This document shows positions 7,811 through 13,484 of a stretch of 13,484 bases of DNA, in pieces; positions within the stretch are counted from its first letter, which is position 1, and each line of letters begins with the position of its first letter. The translations under genes and the position numbers were made by a program. The notes beneath the pieces are model-generated. The model was given only the letters and a program-made list of their open reading frames with translations. It was not told the DNA's origin and did no database searches. The stretch comes from a virus (Duplodnaviria; Heunggongvirae; Uroviricota; Caudoviricetes), in the IMG/VR virus record IMGVR_UViG_2737471832_000007. One strand, given 5' to 3'.

Positions 7811-8170
7811 TCAGAGAAACTTTGAATAGTGACCGTCATCAGGCTCAGCAGAACGCCATATGCTACGCTCCCGCCAGCGGATAAATAGCACAGACGGATG
7901 CAGTGTCAGCGGGCCGGAACCACTACCGCCTGCAGGAGCTGGTGCAGGCTTAAAGAGCGGTACATCAAACAGGCGCGTATATCGCTGTTCAAACCATGCC
8001 AGAGGGCAGGAAGAAAGCTGGTTGTCGCTGTCATGACGTATCAGCACTTCACAGCTGAATTCAGGATTAACCAGCGCCACAGAGGGCGAGGCTTCTATTA
8101 ATCGGATAATCGTGACCGTCCAGCCACGTTCATGCTGCCAGCGTTCGCCGGGATGCGGATAATTACGCAT
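7811..8170 (-). CDS. Early-operon hypothetical protein
   Basis: ATG at 8170 preceded by GGAGG (MRNYPHPG...). The ORF-track start at 8200 is a non-ATG extension. Confidence 0.55.
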   Translation of the reverse strand: MRNYPHPGERWQHERGWTVTIIRLIEASPSVALVNPEFSCEVLIRHDSDNQLSSCPLAWFEQRYTRLFDVPLFKPAPAPAGGSGSGPLTLHPSVLFIRWRERSIWRSAEPDDGHYSKFL

Positions 8171-8339
8171 GTTCACCTCCGCAGGGAATGCGCCCGGCAA
8201 AGCTCAGTACATAGTCCGGGGCAAGTCTGCGCCGCGCTGACCGCTCGTTATCTGCGGTGATCCTTAACATCACAGGACGGGCATTGCGTTGACTGCGGTT
8301 GATCGCCGCAAATAACCAGGTACACTTCTGTTTAGCCAT
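8163..8339 (-). CDS. Small first ORF of the early operon (58 aa), unknown function
   Basis: ATG at 8339 with AAGAGG upstream; TAA at 8163-8165 overlaps the next gene's ATG (ATGCGTAA). Below the ORF-track size cutoff. Confidence 0.4.
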   Translation of the reverse strand: MAKQKCTWLFAAINRSQRNARPVMLRITADNERSARRRLAPDYVLSFAGRIPCGGEHA

Positions 8340-8367
8340 CTTCGTTACCTCTTATAACGGTTGGTTA

Positions 8368-8402
8368 AATGCCCGATTTGTGTTCCCGCACAATCGGGCA
8401 TT
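8368..8402 (-). promoter_or_regulatory. Long stem-loop in the early-operon leader
   Basis: AATGCCCGATT (8368-8378) pairs perfectly with AATCGGGCATT (8392-8402), with additional inner pairing; lies between the divergent promoter region and the first early ORF. Confidence 0.35.
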
Positions 8403-8428
8403 GCTTTTACAAGCGAACTATACTTACA

Positions 8429-8474
8429 ATGGTAATTACCATGTAGTCATCATATTCTAGGGTAATTACCATGT
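8429..8474. promoter_or_regulatory. Two palindromic operator sites in the divergent promoter region
   Basis: Perfect 14-bp palindrome ATGGTAATTACCAT at 8429-8442; second copy GGTAATTACCATGT at 8461-8474 overlaps the RHH start codon. Spacing is 30 bp. Confidence 0.5.
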
Positions 8475-8644
8475 CAACACCACAAGAGAAACGTTCTCCA
8501 CCATTCCAAATGCGTCTTACCGACGATTTTAGGTTGCAACTCGAAAACGAAATGCGCAAAGATGGAGATAGCGCGTTGGCAACTTGGATTAAAAGAATTT
8601 TACGCAAAGAACTCCAATCACGCGGGATTGACCCTAAAGGCTAA
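8471..8644 (+). CDS. Arc/MetJ-type ribbon-helix-helix DNA-binding protein (57 aa)
   Basis: FQMRLTDDFRLQLENEMRKDGDSALATWIKRIL matches the Arc-like RHH pattern. ATG at 8471 with AGGGT upstream, TAA at 8642-8644. Not in the ORF track because it is under 60 aa. Confidence 0.55.
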   Translation: MSTPQEKRSPPFQMRLTDDFRLQLENEMRKDGDSALATWIKRILRKELQSRGIDPKG

Positions 8645-8676
8645 TCAGTTAAATATTACTAACTATCAATTAAGGC

Positions 8677-8967
8677 TTAGGGAGTAGGTGATAATCTATT
8701 CCCTTTATTAATTGCTCTTGCCTTATTTCTCATCCCCTCAAACTGTTGACCTGAGTTTTCTTCAAACCCATCTCGCCACTTATAATAATCAGCAGCGCGC
8801 CATCGTGACATCCGACCTATTTTTATAGGTTTTGGAAAGCGATTCAGAGAAATCAATCGATAAATCCATTTATCACTTAATAAACAATCGGAAGTAATAA
8901 ACTTCATATCGATCAGAGAATCCATTGAAGGTCGTTGCAAAGTAGTATTATCATGTTTAGATAACAT
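8677..8967 (-). CDS. AlpA-family phage regulatory protein / Vis-like DNA-binding protein
   Basis: WIYRLISLNRFPKPIKIGRMSRWRAADYYKW matches the AlpA HTH and FPKPIK signature. ATG at 8967 with GGAG upstream; an internal start at 8925 or 8907 is possible. AT-rich. Confidence 0.7.
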   Translation of the reverse strand: MLSKHDNTTLQRPSMDSLIDMKFITSDCLLSDKWIYRLISLNRFPKPIKIGRMSRWRAADYYKWRDGFEENSGQQFEGMRNKARAINKGNRLSPTP

Positions 8968-9092
8968 TCATCATTCTCCGTTTATCTAAGTCTATTGGCT
9001 TCAACACGGAAAATTAAAACATAGGTTATAAATGAGAAAAATGTGACTAATGAAAAAAATTCAAAATCATTAGCCACAACAATTGTTAATAT

Positions 9093-9917
9093 TTAGTTAA
9101 ACTTAATGTTTTTCATGCAACTACGTAGCAAACTAACAACAGTATCATAGCTCAAAGGCGGTTCTCCGGTCTTAGGCCAGAACTCACTGGCATGTTGAAA
9201 AAGATAATCAGCTATCGCTGCTGGACTCTCTCTTCTTAGCCTCATATCACGATGATAGAGCGAAATAATAGCCATGAGTATTTCAGCTCGAGGAACAGCA
9301 TGTTTTTGTTTTTGCGCCTCAGATTGTGATTTATATTTATTGGCGTTTTTTATCCGCTTTTGTTCGCATAAGACTATATCAATGAATTTTTGAATCTGTA
9401 CCTTTGTAATCCACAAAACCTCAAAAAGATAATAATTTTCTTTTTCATCATAATTTACATAAAGAATTACCTTACAATTTATATTAGGCGTACCCGCCAG
9501 TAGAAAATGAATAGGCCAGGAATCCGGTTGCCCCTCATGCTTAACTAACAGATCTTTATATTCATAATCAACAGCCCATAAACCGGATATGAAGCATCGA
9601 ATAAAACCATTTTTATCAATTAAATTATCTTCATCAGGGATTCTTATAGAACTTAAGTCTGACAACATAATATTGCCATTTCTATCTCGTGGTAAATATT
9701 TCAGATTAGATAAGAACTCATCTATTTGACCATCAATCTTCAAACCACATGAAACATCATACTCATCATCATGGAATTCCATGCATAGCTCTACATCTCG
9801 TTCTCTGGCAAACCAGAGTATATCCTTTTCACTACAACCAATTTTTTCTGAAGCTTCATCCAACTGGTAGTAATCTCTGAGCAGAGAATCAGTATTATTA
9901 ATTTTTAAAATATTCAT
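9093..9917 (-). CDS. Unknown 274-aa protein translationally coupled to the integrase
   Basis: ATG at 9917 overlaps the int stop (ATGA). AT-rich; possible N-terminal HTH-like stretch (EKIGCSEKDILWFARE). No recognisable family. Confidence 0.6.
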   Translation of the reverse strand: MNILKINNTDSLLRDYYQLDEASEKIGCSEKDILWFARERDVELCMEFHDDEYDVSCGLKIDGQIDEFLSNLKYLPRDRNGNIMLSDLSSIRIPDEDNLIDKNGFIRCFISGLWAVDYEYKDLLVKHEGQPDSWPIHFLLAGTPNINCKVILYVNYDEKENYYLFEVLWITKVQIQKFIDIVLCEQKRIKNANKYKSQSEAQKQKHAVPRAEILMAIISLYHRDMRLRRESPAAIADYLFQHASEFWPKTGEPPLSYDTVVSLLRSCMKNIKFN

Positions 9918-11104
9918 TTATGAGTACCAATTTGCTCAGATAAATAATTAGCATACCATTGCATCATTTCTCTTCTCCCTTCGAGATATTGGGCATGGTT
10001 ATAAATTCCACGAATAGAGTTTTTGTCCGAATGAGCAAGCTGGGTTTCAATCCAAGCGCTGTTAAATCCTTTCTCATGTAGGATTGTACTCATCGTATGC
10101 CTGAAACCATGCCCCGTAACACGCCCTGCATATCCAATACGTTTAAACACCTGATTAATGCTTGCTTCACTCATAAATTTGCTGGGATCGTTGCGTCCAG
10201 GGAACATCAGCGGGTAGTTCCCAGTTAGTTCTTTCAAACTTTTGAGATGGGATAATGCTTGTTTTGACAACGGGACAATATGGCTCCTACGCATTTTCAT
10301 ACGTTCTTTTGGGATCTCCCACACCGCATTATCAAAATCCACCTCTCGCCACTCACCTGCTCGTAGTTCTCCAGTTCGTAGACCTGTCAGGATAAGTAAA
10401 TGCGCCCCCAACAATACAATTGGACTTCCTGAATAAGAATTAAGGGCATTAAAGAACTCCGGTAGTTCGTTGGCTTTGAGGAATGGATAGTGGACTGCTT
10501 CATGTCCTTGCATCGCACTGGCAAGATCCGGTGCCGGATTGTAGATTGCCCTACCCGTTACGATGGCATAGCGAAAAACTTCACCGCATCGCTGACGGAC
10601 TTTCTTCGCTTTCTCCATAGCGCCTCGAGCTTCTATCAACCTCAGAACTTCAAGCAGTTCAAGGGGCTGAATATCAGCTATAGGTCTGTGCCCAATATGC
10701 GGGAAAATGTCTTTCTCGAATGCCTCAATGATGTCGGAAGCATAGCCCTCAGACCATTTGGGTGATTTCATTTTGTGCCACTCTAACGCCACTTCTCTGA
10801 ATGGGTTAAGTGTCTCACTCGCTGCATTTAAAGCCTGCTTTTTGGCTTTTTTGACTTCGCCGGGATCTTCACCTGCTGCGAGTAGTTTCTTCGCGTCTTC
10901 TCGTTTTTGTCTGGCATCAGCAAGTGTGACTGTTGGATAAACACCAAAGGACAATCGTTTCTCTTTACCAGCAAAACGGTATTTCATACGCCAGTAACGC
11001 GAGCCATTAGGTTCGACCTGAAGGTATAGGCCACCTCCATCAAACAGCTTGTAGCTCTTCTCTTTTCCTTTCGCAGCTTCAACCTTGCGGGCATTCAGCA
11101 TCAT
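9914..11104 (-). CDS. int: P4-type tyrosine integrase
   Basis: N-terminal arm-binding signature (KLFDGGGLYLQVEPNGSRYWRMKYRFAGKEKRLSFGVYP); catalytic HGFRHT and GIYNHAQY motifs. Likely start is the ATG at 11104 (MMLNARK...); the ORF-track start at 11173 is a TTG extension. Confidence 0.9.
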   Translation of the reverse strand: MMLNARKVEAAKGKEKSYKLFDGGGLYLQVEPNGSRYWRMKYRFAGKEKRLSFGVYPTVTLADARQKREDAKKLLAAGEDPGEVKKAKKQALNAASETLNPFREVALEWHKMKSPKWSEGYASDIIEAFEKDIFPHIGHRPIADIQPLELLEVLRLIEARGAMEKAKKVRQRCGEVFRYAIVTGRAIYNPAPDLASAMQGHEAVHYPFLKANELPEFFNALNSYSGSPIVLLGAHLLILTGLRTGELRAGEWREVDFDNAVWEIPKERMKMRRSHIVPLSKQALSHLKSLKELTGNYPLMFPGRNDPSKFMSEASINQVFKRIGYAGRVTGHGFRHTMSTILHEKGFNSAWIETQLAHSDKNSIRGIYNHAQYLEGRREMMQWYANYLSEQIGTHK

Positions 11105-11180
11105 TGGGGGCACATTTCCTAGATCGAACAGAACATGCCCCTGATTGTGCCCCCAACCGCGTGTTGATTTCAAGAGACAA

Positions 11181-11254
11181 GGGTTGACCTCAAACGTATG
11201 AAAACAACGTAATATATATGTTTTTAAATGATTTTGTTGATGTGGGTTGACTTG
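11181..11254. repeat. Direct repeats GGGTTGAC(C/T)T between int and the att core (candidate Int arm-type sites)
   Basis: GGGTTGACCT at 11181-11190 and GGGTTGACTT at 11244-11253. Confidence 0.3.
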
Positions 11255-11268
11255 GGAAAACTAGGTGA

Positions 11269-11314
11269 TGGTGCCGATAATAGGAGTCGAACCTACGACC
11301 TTCGCATTACGAAT
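11269..11314 (-). tRNA. Partial tRNA-Thr(CGU): 3'-terminal 46 nt only (att core, not a functional tRNA)
   Basis: Reverse complement reads ATTCGTAATGCGAAGGTCGTAGGTTCGACTCCTATTATCGGCACCA: anticodon loop with CGT, T-arm, acceptor 3' strand and CCA. The 5' D-arm and acceptor half are absent upstream. Confidence 0.7.
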
Positions 11315-11618
11315 TATAAGAATCCGCTTCTAATTCAAAGCATTACCCCATCAACACTGCGCTCACAAGTCCCACCACATCAAAACATGTAAAGCCTTGC
11401 AAGCCATTGCTAGGCCTTATGTGTCTCAGTTTTGTCCCACTACGACCCGCATAACCAATAAGAAGATTGCAGTGATGTCAAACGACACAGCAGCCTTCTT
11501 TTCCTTCATACTTTCCCCACCCAGCATGCATACCTTCTACCATAACTGTAGTGAATGTCTGTTATGAGCGAGGAGCGGAAGTTGGAATGCATACTTAAAT
11601 CGAGCAATTTTGAGTTAT

Positions 11619-11626
11619 GGGGGGGG
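11619..11626. repeat. Homopolymeric G8 tract upstream of the 384-aa gene
   Basis: Eight consecutive G at 11619-11626, about 30 bp upstream of a TATGAT -10-like hexamer (11655-11660). Confidence 0.6.
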
Positions 11627-11707
11627 CTGGTCAACCTACTGAATTGTTTTTGCCTATGATAACGGTCACAATCAACCTCTAAGTGTGCTGATTTGAAAGT
11701 GATTTCC

Positions 11708-12847
11708 ATGAAGATGACCAAGGCAGATTTTGGTGTAACTATTGATGATACTTTAATAACTGATTTTCGAGATGTGGTTAATGAAGGGGAGTTTGCTTAC
11801 AGCTACTTCATAAACAGAAATGGTAAAAACCAGTTCAGCCCTATCTGTTCGTGCATGGATTGGATAAGCGTTTCTGTTCGCAATCTGATGAACTTCCCTG
11901 AGCTGTCGGAAGATATTGATGTCAAGGCCATGCAGGTTTACTCCCTTATATCATCTATTGATATTGCTGTGGAGGCGTTGCAGCAGCTTCACCGCATCAT
12001 TGAGAGTGATGATAAGTTAGCGAGGTGGCCTTTCAAGAAATCAACGAATGTCTTTAAGAATAAAACGCCCTATCTTTCACATGAGGATGATGACGCATAC
12101 TTTAAGAGTATTCGAGCTATCTTTGGTGCTCACCCTACAAATCTTAAAAATAGTGATGGTGAGCGACTGTTTGCAAGCTGGCCTCATTTTCATGCTTTCA
12201 ATGAAAATGATTTCACTATAAGCCTTTACAACAACACGTCAGGGAAAGATGATGTTATTTTCGGCATTAAATTCGATGAGCTAATTACATATATTGAAGA
12301 TAGGTATAAATATCTAACAAGCCTAAAGGGTTCCGTAATAGCAATCCGTATAAAACATTACAGCACCCTATCCAAACAGATTATACCGTCTACTGATAAC
12401 ATTCATGCTGAGTTAAAGTTGCTTCTTTCAGAAGTTGCGGTGCGAGGTGATAACGATTATTACCGAATGGAAGTGGAAGAGTTAATAAAGTTGTTCGAGG
12501 GGAATGTTAAAGAGGCACATCTCAAGGATGAAGCTGACGTATTTTTAAGTAAACTACATCCAATTGCAGTAGAGATTAGATATAATCTTCAGGAAATGAA
12601 TATTGAGGATTTAGCAACTAAGCATGGCGTGTTGATTTCAACACTTCCGAAAAATGCCCTGCATTACGTTCTTCAGAAAATGTTTACTTGGCTCCACTCT
12701 GATAGATATGACCCAATGGGTGGCTTTTACTTGGACAAGTTAAATGAATATTCAGGCGGGCGATACAATTTTTGTTCTGAGGATGATGACAGTACAACTC
12801 TATTGAAGCTCCGGATGATGTTGCATTGGTATCATCAACAAAAATAG
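11708..12847 (+). CDS. Orphan 379/384-aa protein of unknown function (possible Abi/HEPN-like; unconfirmed)
   Basis: Long AT-rich ORF ending TAG at 12845-12847. ATG at 11708; the ORF-track start at 11693 is TTG. Contains an R-x5-H stretch (RAIFGAH). No family recognised. Confidence 0.6.
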   Translation: MKMTKADFGVTIDDTLITDFRDVVNEGEFAYSYFINRNGKNQFSPICSCMDWISVSVRNLMNFPELSEDIDVKAMQVYSLISSIDIAVEALQQLHRIIESDDKLARWPFKKSTNVFKNKTPYLSHEDDDAYFKSIRAIFGAHPTNLKNSDGERLFASWPHFHAFNENDFTISLYNNTSGKDDVIFGIKFDELITYIEDRYKYLTSLKGSVIAIRIKHYSTLSKQIIPSTDNIHAELKLLLSEVAVRGDNDYYRMEVEELIKLFEGNVKEAHLKDEADVFLSKLHPIAVEIRYNLQEMNIEDLATKHGVLISTLPKNALHYVLQKMFTWLHSDRYDPMGGFYLDKLNEYSGGRYNFCSEDDDSTTLLKLRMMLHWYHQQK

Positions 12848-13144
12848 GCTTAGCCACGAAAACAAGCAATACAGTTGGAAGTTCGTGTGACCTATGCGCT
12901 AGGTATTCTGAGACGACAGTGTGACCTGCTCCCTGTTGATTAACATAGGCTGACACTAGCAACGTCCTCTACTGGCACATAGCAGCCCCAGAGACAGTGG
13001 TGTAAAGTCATGGAGGGTCGGTGGGAGGATATTCAGTTTCATTCATGCCGAAATACGGTAAAATCTATAATAGATGGAAATCATTCAATACTCGCACTAA
13101 AGTCCACCATCCAGCCGCAGCAAGTTCTTGCATACGACGTGTCT

Positions 13145-13172
13145 GCGGGTTCAACTCCCGCCAGCTCCACCA
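13145..13172 (+). other. tmRNA (ssrA) 3'-end-like fragment; possible second att core
   Basis: GCGGGTTCAACTCCCGCCAGCTCCACCA matches the 3' terminal T-arm and acceptor of enterobacterial tmRNA as recalled. No tmRNA 5' domain or tag reading frame upstream. Confidence 0.45.
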
Positions 13173-13302
13173 ATCATGATTGGACGGTGTAAGGACAACA
13201 CCAATAAAAACAGGAAGTTAGCAGTCTCAGCAGGACACCAACCAGACGGTGAGCAGACAAAAAAGGATACGCAAAGGAGCCGCGGCTCCCAAGTGACATG
13301 AA

Positions 13303-13325
13303 AGCCCGCATCTGCGGGCTTTTTC
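13303..13325 (+). terminator. Intrinsic terminator
   Basis: GCCCGC (13304-13309), loop ATCT, GCGGGC (13314-13319), followed by TTTTT. Confidence 0.55.
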
Positions 13326-13484
13326 GTTTCATCTGCAAAAATGTCTATACATCAGCTGCCACAAACGGAACAACAGCCTTTATTGATGTAAGCGTCGTCT
13401 CAGCACCGTCTGGCAGATCCTGAAATTCCTGAGAGAATAGTGGACACCAAATATGGTGGACGCTATCCATGAAATCATTAACCG

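Larger units (their letters stand above)
1..11314 (-). mobile_element. P4-family phage satellite (integrated), from att core through int, regulators, alpha, late operon and hotspot cargo; continues beyond the window start
   Basis: Co-linear minus-strand set: P4-type integrase next to a tRNA 3' fragment, AlpA-like gene, alpha primase-helicase, Psu and Ogr/Delta homologues, P4-like iterons and TGT-N12-ACA dyads. The far end is not in the window. Confidence 0.75.

Noticed and set aside
8407-8607. 66-aa minus-strand ORF overlapping the RHH gene
   Set aside because: It is antisense to the RHH gene, which has a better start, operator context and recognisable fold; it also runs through the promoter and operator region.
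11269-11355. Intact tRNA gene
   Set aside because: Only the 3' 46 nt match tRNA-Thr; the upstream sequence cannot form a D-arm or the 5' acceptor strand.
11617-11640. GGGGCTG at the end of the G tract as a tmRNA 5' acceptor end
   Set aside because: The downstream sequence does not match the tmRNA 5' domain and it lies 1.5 kb from the 3'-like fragment with a protein gene in between.
13010-13192. 60-aa plus-strand ORF overlapping the tmRNA-like fragment
   Set aside because: No start context and it overlaps a structured RNA-like sequence; likely noncoding.
1-13484. CRISPR array or transposon/IS element
   Set aside because: No regularly spaced direct repeats with unique spacers, and no transposase-like ORF or terminal inverted repeats were seen.

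Overview
Most of this window (about 1-11314) is a P4-family phage satellite encoded on the minus strand. Reading along the minus strand it runs: a 46-nt tRNA-Thr 3' fragment (att core, 11269-11314), a P4-type tyrosine integrase, a coupled 274-aa unknown gene, an AlpA-family regulator, a divergent Arc-like RHH gene with palindromic operators, an early operon ending in an alpha-type primase-helicase, an iteron-rich crr/ori-like region, and a late operon (Sid-like?, orf105, Psu, Ogr/Delta zinc finger) with two TGT-N12-ACA activator sites. Downstream of delta, in the position where P4-like satellites carry variable anti-phage cargo, lies a strongly AT-rich module: a structured ~350-nt noncoding leader, a 425-aa reverse transcriptase with clear RT motifs, and a translationally coupled second ORF that carries RT finger and motif-A signatures but stops after 264 aa at the window edge. 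This two-RT module is the best candidate for an undescribed or poorly described RT-based defence system; a DRT type 3-like or new UG/Abi-type system is the working hypothesis, not a confirmed call. To the right of the att core are an AT-rich orphan 384-aa gene preceded by a G8 tract, a 28-nt tmRNA 3'-end-like fragment and an intrinsic terminator, suggesting a composite or tandem island junction. All calls rest on reading the sequence and on recalled family signatures; no database search was run.
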